From an uncultured Tepidisphaerales bacterium (GTDB lineage: Bacteria > Planctomycetota > Phycisphaerae > Tepidisphaerales > Tepidisphaeraceae): a stretch of DNA of 52,654 bases. Made by a program: the position numbers and the translations under genes. The notes beneath the pieces are model-generated. The model was not told the DNA's origin, searched no databases, and saw nothing but the letters and a program-made list of their open reading frames with translations. Positions 35,601 through 43,212 of this stretch are shown here, one piece after another; positions within the stretch are counted from its first letter, which is position 1; each line of letters begins with the position of its first letter. The stretch is taken from NCBI GenBank assembly GCA_964416015.1, contig CAYQCT010000002.1, positions 9,109 through 61,762 on the forward strand, in the 5' to 3' direction.

Positions 35601-37583
35601 GATTTCTACTCGAGCCTCGGCGAGTTCCCGCAGGCCGAGGCCGTCGTGCGTCGTTATCTCGCGACGCCGACCGTGCAGGACCGACAGATGCAGGCCGCCG
35701 GCCTCGCGATGCTGTCGCGTCTCCTGGCGCAGCAGGGTCGGGCGCAGGAGGCCGTCGAAGTGCTCCGCGGCTATGAGGATCTGCCCGGCGTCGTCGATCG
35801 ACAGATCGTCCTCCTCGCCGGCCGTGCCGCCGGTGCGACCGAGTCCGCGGAGGGCGAAGCTCTGCTGGAGGACGTGCGTGCGCTCATTGCGGACACGGAC
35901 GACATCGGTGCCGCCGCCCGTCGTGCCGCAGCCGTCGCGGAGCTCCGCGTCGGCGAGGCGGACCGGGCAGTGGCGTTGCTCGATGATCAGGAAGACGCCC
36001 AGTCGCTCGTGCTGCTGGGCCAGGCGATGGCGAACCGCGACGAGCCGGACCTCGAGCGTGCGGCGGAGCTGATGGACCGCGCCGCCGCCGCCGATGCCGG
36101 CGGCGAAATCGGCCGCGGTGCGCTACGCGACTTGAGCCAGATCGAGCAGGCACGCGGCAACCGCGATAGTGCCGCGACCGCCTTGCGTCGCCTGCTGGAG
36201 CGTTTCCCGGACGACGTGCGGGCGCGGCTGTCGCTGGCGCGGATGGACCTCGCCAAGAGCCCGCCCGACTACGCCGCCGCCGACCGGATTCTGCGTGGCG
36301 GGCCGGCGACGGGTGAGAATCCACTGCTCCTGATGACGCGGGCGCGGATGGAAATGGACCGCGACCGTCGCAACGAAGCCGTCGACCTCGGCCGACTGGC
36401 GGTGGAACAGTCCTTCGCCTTCGCCACCGGCGCAGTTCCGCCGACGGGCGACCCGCGTGTCGACACGGCCGCGGCGCGTGTGCCGGCGCTGGTCAACACG
36501 TACCTCGACCTTCTGCTGCGTGCCGGCCGAACGGAGGAAGCGTTGCGGCAGATTGACGGCTTTGCCCGTCGCCTGGAAAACGGCAGCTCCGCCGGCCAGC
36601 TGCCTTGGTGGCTGCAACGGCGTCGTGCCGAGGCCCTCGCCCGCGCGGGTCAACGCCGCGATGCCGAGGCATCGTTCAAGGCCTCTTTCGACGCCGCTAT
36701 GGCCTCGGCCGGTCCGCGTGTCGCCGGCAATGTCGCCGTCGAGGCGGCCAAGCGACTCGACGCCGCCTTCGGCTACAGCCTGGTCCGCGACGGCGTCGAG
36801 GCGGATCCGATCGACCCGCAGGCGGCCGCCATCGCCGCGACCATCTTCGGCCAATCCGGTGACACATCGCGTGCGATCGAGCTGACGGAGCAGGTCCGCG
36901 CCTCGCTTCAGGCGGCCGGCCGACTCAGCCGCTCGCAGGCGGCGCGGCTCGACCTGCAGGCCGGCACGCTGCACCTGCAGGCGGATCCGCCGAATCTCGA
37001 AGAGGCCGTCGCCGCGTTCCGCTCGATGCTCGACACGCAGCCGGACAGCGTCGCCGGGGCCAACAACATCGCCTACGCCCTGACGCTCCGCGGCTTGGCC
37101 GAGAGAGATCTCGGCGAAGACGCCGCGGCACGCAAGAGCTTCGAAGAGGCCGAGGCCTTCGGCAAGATTGCCGCCGATGCCGTCCGCGACGTCGCCGACC
37201 GCACCGGCGGTGATCCGAACGTGAACGTCATCGACACGCACGCCTGGGCCCGCGTCAACCTTGCATTGGCGACGGACGATCAGGACCTGCTCGAGGCGGC
37301 GATCCGTGACCTGCGGGCCGCCCGCGCCTCCAGCGAGCGCGACGGCGAGCCGCTGCCCGAACTGTACTACCACCTCGCCGTCGCCCTCGAAGCGGCCGGC
37401 GAGACGCGGGCGGCACGGGAGTCCGTCGCGACCGGCCTGCAGGTGCTGGACGTGCGGGCCGACGACGCCGAGCAGCGGGCGCCGACGGATCCCGCGACGC
37501 GGCGTCGGCTGACGGAGGTCCTGAGCCGGATCGAGTTGGCCGCGCCCGTCGAGAGTGAACCGGATGCGGCCCCGGCGTCGTAG
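32610..37583 (+). CDS. Giant membrane-anchored TPR-repeat protein (PrsT-like, 1657 aa)
   Basis: MARRRRLNTNLIIALFVGLAVAGLGAYFAA is an N-terminal anchor. The rest is Ala/Leu/Arg/Asp/Glu-rich helical repeats with recurring TPR-like A..(Y/L)...G....A...(L/F) spacing over the whole length. It sits immediately after the exosortase and epsI genes. Confidence 0.85.
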   Translation: MARRRRLNTNLIIALFVGLAVAGLGAYFAARYVRDNPERAAERAEAYEQQGDWQRAAGQWNKAYRGTSDPQYQLRGVEAVMHLTSDPDEGDEQLARAAGGLNELVSRDPSNAPVARRLMRFHAESPTFLRPIPSAETREVREKAALVLAQIPDDNEAAIFHAAATLNLAATAGEQIPTEEVEAARATLLERLPATPINGTGLEAYSRDLLTRLSAESDPEAAEALLEEAQATLEAVATAARNHTPREEYPTDTAELLMNVAQARLGISEIAARQRAQELLRADRDAGRPQDTAAANAAAQEMMEPARAQTLADLEDAKAALDVQRDADTRPFREVYNALATAKQLFGDREGAEQDLRDLLAARPYDLDAALLLGRLLSESNRATEALEVVRGTVELDEEAVPTLYGFEGSTFRRNRLMANLYLSDFLLDARRATDNSAERRSLLEEARQSFERYRTTATTAGLRDNYQSERVEGQLLIAQGRSDQGQAKLSSALERTRQFAGPGARREQLRLLRLLAEANRDLNQTGAEMGYLSEAVDLGGNLTEVERLVTLYRRTDRNDQAIALLDRLLEPARDVGDDVRQWAVTTKAQLAPEDDRAAAVAALPETTDLDRRRKLQAAIGVGDDDLALRLVRRLRDDSPDDPLMLLQEAGVLARMNRQEEAAALLRSSDDPRAVAMLDRFDRGVDAVIESIQDPMRRALASAQVAQQRRDVQEADRLLDEAIKLQADGQATPDAGELLFELLVAADRLDDAEQVAERLRESPGDGLGGRTYAVRLQLARGDTEEALDPARRLAQQHPRSAAAQSLFARTLRLNEQPAAAVAPALAAVELRPDDVRTLSVAVDALAAAGRAREAGELIERGLRLQPNNALLRQASEQYALRFSDPSQILQARRDAVAATPDVPAAHGGLIESLVVAAEAATQRGEDATALRREAADAAREAVTRFPDDGRLYALLARSSLAAGDEAVAAARPIMERVTTPSDEASMIDDPRVVAAATDFYSSLGEFPQAEAVVRRYLATPTVQDRQMQAAGLAMLSRLLAQQGRAQEAVEVLRGYEDLPGVVDRQIVLLAGRAAGATESAEGEALLEDVRALIADTDDIGAAARRAAAVAELRVGEADRAVALLDDQEDAQSLVLLGQAMANRDEPDLERAAELMDRAAAADAGGEIGRGALRDLSQIEQARGNRDSAATALRRLLERFPDDVRARLSLARMDLAKSPPDYAAADRILRGGPATGENPLLLMTRARMEMDRDRRNEAVDLGRLAVEQSFAFATGAVPPTGDPRVDTAAARVPALVNTYLDLLLRAGRTEEALRQIDGFARRLENGSSAGQLPWWLQRRRAEALARAGQRRDAEASFKASFDAAMASAGPRVAGNVAVEAAKRLDAAFGYSLVRDGVEADPIDPQAAAIAATIFGQSGDTSRAIELTEQVRASLQAAGRLSRSQAARLDLQAGTLHLQADPPNLEEAVAAFRSMLDTQPDSVAGANNIAYALTLRGLAERDLGEDAAARKSFEEAEAFGKIAADAVRDVADRTGGDPNVNVIDTHAWARVNLALATDDQDLLEAAIRDLRAARASSERDGEPLPELYYHLAVALEAAGETRAARESVATGLQVLDVRADDAEQRAPTDPATRRRLTEVLSRIELAAPVESEPDAAPAS

Positions 37584-37831
37584 GAGCGGCAGGCGAGTTA
37601 TCGGCGGCACACGGATGTTCGCCGCCGCGTCCGGTAGTCGGTACGGACGCCTCGGCGGGCGTAGGGCGGCGCATGCTGCCCCGTCGGCACCGCCTGAACC
37701 CGTTGCTAGCGCAACCGGCGATGCTTTCGGCTAAGACGTTGCCTGCCGATCCCCGACGAACGTGACGGACCAGTCCCGCCAGCCGCCAAAGTTTCCCTTC
37801 CTCCAACCACCCGAACCAGCCCGGACGACCC

Positions 37832-40162
37832 ATGACGACGTTGCCGCAGACGCTACCGAGCCGCATTCCTGACGATCAGGTCGAGGCCCCGCGCGGCACC
37901 AACGGCCACGCCTCCCGCTACGCCGGGCCGAGCATGGTCGGTGCGTCGCTGCCGACGATCTCGCACCCGCTCAGCATCCCCGGCCAGCCCGGCGGTGGTG
38001 GTAGCGGCGGCTTGACCGGCACGGACATCGCCCGCGTCCTCCGCGAGAATCTCTGGCTCATCCTGCTGGCCGCCGTGCTCAGCGGTGCGGCCGGCTTCGG
38101 TCTCAACGAGTACCTCAAGAAGCACCAGCTCACCTACACCGCCACCGGCCAGCTGCTGCTGCGTGACGCCGAGGGCTTCGACCCGCTCGAGGAGCGGAAT
38201 CGTCGCTTCTTCCGGCCCGGCGAAAGTCTCGAGACGCGCATGCTCAACGCCGTCTTCAGCCTGCAAAGCGATCAGCTCCGCACGCAGCTTCTGCAGGAGA
38301 CCGAAGGCCCGATCCGCGAGAGCGAATGGCTTCGCCGCGTCGCCGGCGACGGCAGCGGCGGCCTCGAAGTCATCGAGGCCAAGGAAGCGCTGCAGGAAAA
38401 CTTCAGCGCCACTCCGCAACGCGGCAGCCAGTACATCCGCGTCTCCTTCGACGCCGACGACGGCAAGGAAGCGGCCGACATCCTGACCCACATGGTCAAC
38501 ACGCGGATCAAGCAGCTCGAACTCGAGGGCGGCCAGCGCTCGACGTTCGACATCACCGAGAGCGAACGCCTCATCCGCGGCCGGCAGATCGAACTCCGCA
38601 ACCTGCAGGCCGAGATCCGTCAGGCACGTCAGGACAGCCAGGGCGGCGACGGCGGGACAGCCTGGGCAACGCGGATGGAGCTGAGCAACCTCAACGACAT
38701 CCGCCGCGTCGCCGAGCAGGAGGCAGCAGCGCTTCGGACGGAGCTCGCCGACGCCCGCGCCGCCATTCAGCGTGGTGCCGACCCCGCGGCGATCGAAGAA
38801 ATTGTCAGCCAGAACGTCCAAGTCGCGCAGCTTCGCAACCGCGTGTTCCAGCTCGAATCGTTCTACGAGGAGCTGCGTCTGACCGCCGGCGAAAACAGCC
38901 AGCAGCTCCAGCAGGCCGGCGAGCGGCTCGAAGCCGCCCGCCGCCGCGCTGCCGACATCGAGGCGGACGCGCGAGCTCAGGCCCGTGGCACCGTCGTCCA
39001 GCAGCTCGAAGCCAAGCTCGAACAGGCCGAGCGGGCCGCCGCCGACGCTGCCGAGCGGATTCGTGTTCTCGACGATCGCCTCGAAGAGCTCGCCAGCAAC
39101 TCGGCCCTCATTGCCGAGCTCGACGAAAAGCGTCGCGAGCTGCAGCGTCGGCTCGCCGCGAACGAGGAAGAGCTCGAGCTGATGAAGCGCGAAGCGGCGA
39201 TTCAGCCTTATGTCCCGCTCGCTTGGGCCGACCAGCCGACGCGGCCGTCGAGCCCGTCGTGGCCGAAGCTTCCGCTGACCGTCGCCGGATGTCTGCTCGC
39301 CGGAGTCGGCCTCGCGGTCGGGCTGGCGTTCCTGCGGGAGGTTCTCGACACGAGCGTCCGCAGCCCGCGAGACATCGCCCGTGTGGCCGCCAGTAGCGGG
39401 ACCGCCGTGCCCATGCCCGTGCTCGGCAGCATTCCTGACGAGAACGACGATCCGCACTCGAGCGGGCCGGACAAGCCGTTGGAGCTGTCGATCGCGCACA
39501 GTCCGCACTCGATGACGGCCGAGCAATTCCGCACCGCCCGCGGCCGCCTCGCCCGCATTGCGCCGCTCGAGACGACCCGAAGCATCCTCGTCACCGGCCC
39601 ACAGCCGGGCGACGGCAAGACGACGATCGCCTGCAACCTCGCCGCCGGCCTTGCCCTCAACGGCCGCCGGACGCTGCTCGTCGACGCCAACTTCCGTCGG
39701 CCACGCCTGCACGAGATCTTTGCCATCGACAACAGCCAAGGCCTCGCCGCTTGCCTCGAAGATGCCGATCTTCTCGAGGAAGCTGCTTTTCCGTACGAGC
39801 AGGTCCCGAATCTCCACGTCCTGCCCGCCGGCCCGCGGCCGCACAATGTGACGGAGCTGATCGAGGGCAGCAACTTCGCCGACGTGCTCGATCGGGCGCT
39901 GGAGTCGTACGACGTGATCATCTTCGACAGCGGTCCGATCCTGTTCACCAGCGAGACGAGCGCGATGGCGCCGCAGGTCGACGGCGTCGTCAGCGTCGTT
40001 CGCGCCGCCAAGAGCAGTCGCGGCCTGCTCGGGCGACTCCAAGATTCGCTCGCGTCGCTCAACGTCGAGCACCTGGGCATCATCCTCAACGGCGTCCAGG
40101 CCCGCGCGGGTGGCTATTACAAGCGGAACATCCGCAACTACTACCGTTACCAGCAGGTTTGA
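37832..40162 (+). CDS. Polysaccharide co-polymerase / tyrosine autokinase (Wzz domain + BY-kinase)
   Basis: The Wzz-type N-terminus is DIARVLRENLWLILLAAVLSGAAGFGL. It is followed by a long coiled-coil periplasmic region, a second TM helix, Walker A (ILVTGPQPGDGKTTIACNLAAGLA), Walker A' (LLVDANFRRP), Walker B (VIIFDSGP) and a C-terminal Tyr cluster (GGYYKRNIRNYYRYQQV). Confidence 0.9.
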   Translation: MTTLPQTLPSRIPDDQVEAPRGTNGHASRYAGPSMVGASLPTISHPLSIPGQPGGGGSGGLTGTDIARVLRENLWLILLAAVLSGAAGFGLNEYLKKHQLTYTATGQLLLRDAEGFDPLEERNRRFFRPGESLETRMLNAVFSLQSDQLRTQLLQETEGPIRESEWLRRVAGDGSGGLEVIEAKEALQENFSATPQRGSQYIRVSFDADDGKEAADILTHMVNTRIKQLELEGGQRSTFDITESERLIRGRQIELRNLQAEIRQARQDSQGGDGGTAWATRMELSNLNDIRRVAEQEAAALRTELADARAAIQRGADPAAIEEIVSQNVQVAQLRNRVFQLESFYEELRLTAGENSQQLQQAGERLEAARRRAADIEADARAQARGTVVQQLEAKLEQAERAAADAAERIRVLDDRLEELASNSALIAELDEKRRELQRRLAANEEELELMKREAAIQPYVPLAWADQPTRPSSPSWPKLPLTVAGCLLAGVGLAVGLAFLREVLDTSVRSPRDIARVAASSGTAVPMPVLGSIPDENDDPHSSGPDKPLELSIAHSPHSMTAEQFRTARGRLARIAPLETTRSILVTGPQPGDGKTTIACNLAAGLALNGRRTLLVDANFRRPRLHEIFAIDNSQGLAACLEDADLLEEAAFPYEQVPNLHVLPAGPRPHNVTELIEGSNFADVLDRALESYDVIIFDSGPILFTSETSAMAPQVDGVVSVVRAAKSSRGLLGRLQDSLASLNVEHLGIILNGVQARAGGYYKRNIRNYYRYQQV

Positions 40163-41190
40163 CCAAGCCCGCCGCCGGAACCCTCGCAGCCGCCGACCTC
40201 CGTCGGCGGCTGCTCGCGTGGTACGACGTGCACGCCCGCGACCTGCCCTGGCGAAACGCCGGACGGACGCCGTACCGCGTCTTCGTCAGCGAAGCGATGC
40301 TGCAACAGACGCGGGTCGCGGCCGTCGTTCCATACTTCGACCGTTTTGTAGAAAAGCTGCCCGACTTTGCCGCTCTCGCCGATGCCGACGAGCAGGAAGT
40401 CCTCGGTCTCTGGCAAGGCCTCGGCTACTATCGCCGGGCGCGCAATCTGCAAGCCGCCGCCCGCGTTATCATGAATGAACATGACGGCGTGTTGCCACGG
40501 GACGTCCACCTCCTGCGAAAGCTTCCGGGCGTCGGCCCCTACACCGCCGGTGCCATCGCAAGCATCGCCCTTGATCTGCCCGAACCGATCGTCGACGGCA
40601 ACGTCGCCCGCGTCATCACGCGACTCGACGCCATAGAAGCCGATCCTGCCACGCCCGCCGTGCAGAAGCATTTATGGCAACGGTCTGAAGCGCTGGTAGA
40701 TCCGACCCGCCCCGGCGATTTCAACAGTTCGCTCATGGAGCTCGGCGCGACCGTCTGCCTGCCGCGCTTGCCGCACTGTCTGCTCTGCCCGATCGCTGAG
40801 CACTGCAAGGCGAAGGAGGCGAATCTTCAGGACTCTATCCCGCCGCCGAAGCAGGCAAAGACAACACTGATCGTCCACCGCAACGTCTTCCGCGTTCGCC
40901 AGGGCGATGCGGTGCTAGTCGAGAAACGCCCGCCCACCGGCCGTTGGGCCGGTCTATGGCAGCTGCCCACTCGTCCGCCGGGTTCGCCGCCACCCGTAGC
41001 CGGCAATTACACGCCGACGGGCGAACTTCGCCATGCGCTCACGCACCGCCGTTATGCGTTCCGCCTACTCGACCTGGCAGTGAAGAATCACGCTCCGCCC
41101 GACGGGATGCGATGGGCTGATCCTGATGCAGTGGAAAAGCTGCCGATGTCGGTTCCCCAACGGAAATTACTTCGATTGCAGCAGACGTAA
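40159..41190 (+). CDS. mutY: A/G-specific adenine DNA glycosylase
   Basis: Track ORF 39751..41190 trimmed to TTG at 40159, which overlaps the BY-kinase TGA (TTGA). LLAWYDVHARDLPWR...PYRVFVSEAMLQQTRVAAVVPYF...GLGYYRRARNL...LPGVGPYTAGAIASIA. The [4Fe-4S] motif is CLPRLPHCLLCPIAEHC. A NUDIX-like C-terminal domain follows. Confidence 0.9.
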   Translation: MTKPAAGTLAAADLRRRLLAWYDVHARDLPWRNAGRTPYRVFVSEAMLQQTRVAAVVPYFDRFVEKLPDFAALADADEQEVLGLWQGLGYYRRARNLQAAARVIMNEHDGVLPRDVHLLRKLPGVGPYTAGAIASIALDLPEPIVDGNVARVITRLDAIEADPATPAVQKHLWQRSEALVDPTRPGDFNSSLMELGATVCLPRLPHCLLCPIAEHCKAKEANLQDSIPPPKQAKTTLIVHRNVFRVRQGDAVLVEKRPPTGRWAGLWQLPTRPPGSPPPVAGNYTPTGELRHALTHRRYAFRLLDLAVKNHAPPDGMRWADPDAVEKLPMSVPQRKLLRLQQT

Positions 41191-41196
41191 CTATCA

Positions 41197-41221
41197 AGCT
41201 GTTTCTTGTACGAAGACAGCT
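41197..41221. terminator. Possible bidirectional hairpin between convergent mutY and the pseudopilin gene
   Basis: AGCTGTtTCTT-gtac-GAAGACAGCT, an imperfect stem in an AT-richer spacer. It partly overlaps the TAG of the minus-strand gene. Confidence 0.3.
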
Positions 41222-41981
41222 ACTGCCGATCTAGTAACACGGTCCCCGTGCCGACGAAACCGAGTCCGTTCGCCGGCAACTCGGGCTCGGCCTTCCTCGC
41301 CGCGACGTGCCCGTCGAGCCAGGCCACCGTTGCTCGCTCCCGATGCCGATAGTGCGTCGTCGGCAAGACCCCCGTGTCCGGATCCAGGAAGCTGTACTCG
41401 ATCAGGCCGCCGCCCGGCCGCTCGAAGGCCGCATCCGCGAAAGCCGCGGTGGCAACCGGGTCAGCGAACCAGACGAGCTTCGCCCCCAGCTCCGACGACG
41501 CATCGCCCGGCTCATCGGTGCCGAGGAAGGCGTTGTTGTAGCCGTAGCCGCCGGTGCCGCGTTCGAAGTTGGCCATCTGGCCCGCCACCGCCAACACGTC
41601 GCCGGCGACGGTGGCGAAGGAGGGGCAACGACGGACGCCAACGCTGGCCGACTCGTCGCCGAGGTACGGCGTGATCGCGCCGCGGCTCGGGTCGAAGGCG
41701 TCGTCGTCATCGTCCCGCTCGCCATGCCAACGACGCAGGTTCGACTCCGCCGTTCGAGGCGGCGGCAGGAAAAAGCCGGCCGCGCCCGGCGGAGCGCGGC
41801 CGACGTGGTCGAGCGAGTACCCGACGACGGCCCCGTGCAACTGCTTCGCGTTCGATCCGCAAACGACCTGCCGACCGGACTCACGCGCCGACGCGAGCGC
41901 CGGCAGCAGGATCCCGATCAGCACCGCGATGATCCCGACAACGACGAGCAGCTCGACCAGCGTGAAGCCGCCTCGCCTCAT
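41220..41981 (-). CDS. Type II secretion/type IV pilin-like pseudopilin, DUF1559 ('H-x9-DG') family
   Basis: [48 protein letters not shown] is a prepilin N-terminal cleavage/methylation domain. The C-terminal [17 protein letters not shown] is the H-x9-DG motif common in Planctomycetes. Confidence 0.85.
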   Translation of the reverse strand: MRRGGFTLVELLVVVGIIAVLIGILLPALASARESGRQVVCGSNAKQLHGAVVGYSLDHVGRAPPGAAGFFLPPPRTAESNLRRWHGERDDDDDAFDPSRGAITPYLGDESASVGVRRCPSFATVAGDVLAVAGQMANFERGTGGYGYNNAFLGTDEPGDASSELGAKLVWFADPVATAAFADAAFERPGGGLIEYSFLDPDTGVLPTTHYRHRERATVAWLDGHVAARKAEPELPANGLGFVGTGTVLLDRQ

Positions 41982-42739
41982 CGCCGCCTCCGCAGCAACA
42001 GGCCCCCGACCGCCGCGACGATCGAAACCGCCGCCGGCTCCGGTACGACAAAACGGACGAAGTCGATTTCTGCCGACACCGGTCCGAAGACGCCCAGGTC
42101 GTCGTCGCTGACGGTCCGCAGGCGGACGTAGCTGACGCCCTGCGACAGCGACACGCCGTTGCCGGCTAGATCAATCGCACGGTCGAGGAACATGCGATCG
42201 CCGCCGACGGTGCTGTCGGCGTAGCCGCTGACATCGCCGCTCCAAATTGGATTGCCGTACCACGGCTCCGTCGGATACTGGAACCCGAGCGATGCCGGCG
42301 CGACCCGCGGGTCGGCGGCGAGCGCTCCATAGTTGTCGGCGGCGAGCAGGAAAAAGGTCTCGTCTCGCCAGCCGTCGACGCTCGCGACGCCGCTGGATTC
42401 AACAGCGACTTCGACGAACGCCGGCTCGCGAAACGTCTGGTCGCCGAAGGAGAAGGCGTTGCCGCCGACCTCGAGAAATGCACCCGGCACATTCGCCAGC
42501 GGCGTGTCGAAGCCGAGCACCAGGCCGACCGGGTCGCCGTCACCGGTCGTCGGATCGTCCGACCATTGGCCGAGGCTGACCACGTTGCCGTCGTCGGCCA
42601 AGGCGAACGACGAATCGTCGAAGCCCGCCGGCACGTTCAAGCCGGCTTCATAGTTCGCGACGAACGAGGGCATAATGACCTGCCCGAAGGCGGGCGAGAC
42701 GAGGGCGGCCGAAGCCGCGAAAATCTTGGGAACAGTCAC
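41978..42739 (-). CDS. PEP-CTERM sorting-domain protein (exosortase substrate), otherwise uncharacterised
   Basis: The C-terminus [24 protein letters not shown] is VPEP plus a TM helix plus an Arg cluster. I prefer GTG at 42739, which has AGGAG 6 nt upstream and gives the signal peptide [20 protein letters not shown]. The stop overlaps the ATG of the downstream pseudopilin gene (ATGA at 41978-41981). Confidence 0.85.
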   Translation of the reverse strand: MTVPKIFAASAALVSPAFGQVIMPSFVANYEAGLNVPAGFDDSSFALADDGNVVSLGQWSDDPTTGDGDPVGLVLGFDTPLANVPGAFLEVGGNAFSFGDQTFREPAFVEVAVESSGVASVDGWRDETFFLLAADNYGALAADPRVAPASLGFQYPTEPWYGNPIWSGDVSGYADSTVGGDRMFLDRAIDLAGNGVSLSQGVSYVRLRTVSDDDLGVFGPVSAEIDFVRFVVPEPAAVSIVAAVGGLLLRRRR

Positions 42740-43212
42740 AAATTTCTCCTGCCCCTTCGCGGGGGCACCGGAAGACACACGCAGCGGGCATCAGCGGCAG
42801 GAGGACAGCGGCCGCGCACGCAAGGCGGGCGACCGCCGCCGGCTCCCTTCGCGAGGAACCCGCGGAAACTTCGCCAACCGCTCCGGCTTACGCCGCAACG
42901 ACACGCCGGCCCGACAACGCGGGCCGGCAACAGGCAGGTCTTCCGGCTTCGGGCGATCGACCGACTCCGCCTTCCCGTCGATGGCTCGACAGTGGCGTGT
43001 GGAGTCGGCCGCGTCCGTCACGGCGGCGCGACCGCGGAGGAATCGGCGTATAGCCTCACCTCGCTTCCCTTTTCACCGACGCCCGAAGACGCCGGCACCT
43101 GTGGCGACCGGCAGACTACGGCCAGCGAAGGTCACCTGCAACCGCGACACTCGCGGCGCGCCAGCGATCGTCGGACGTGACGATCCTGCGACGCCTCCGT
43201 ACCTTGCCCACG

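Noticed and set aside
37853-40072. 739-aa minus-strand ORF
   Set aside because: It is antisense to the BY-kinase gene, which has unambiguous Walker motifs and a Tyr cluster.
39751-40158. 136-codon N-terminal extension of the mutY ORF
   Set aside because: It lies inside the BY-kinase gene in another frame. MutY homology begins just after TTG 40159.
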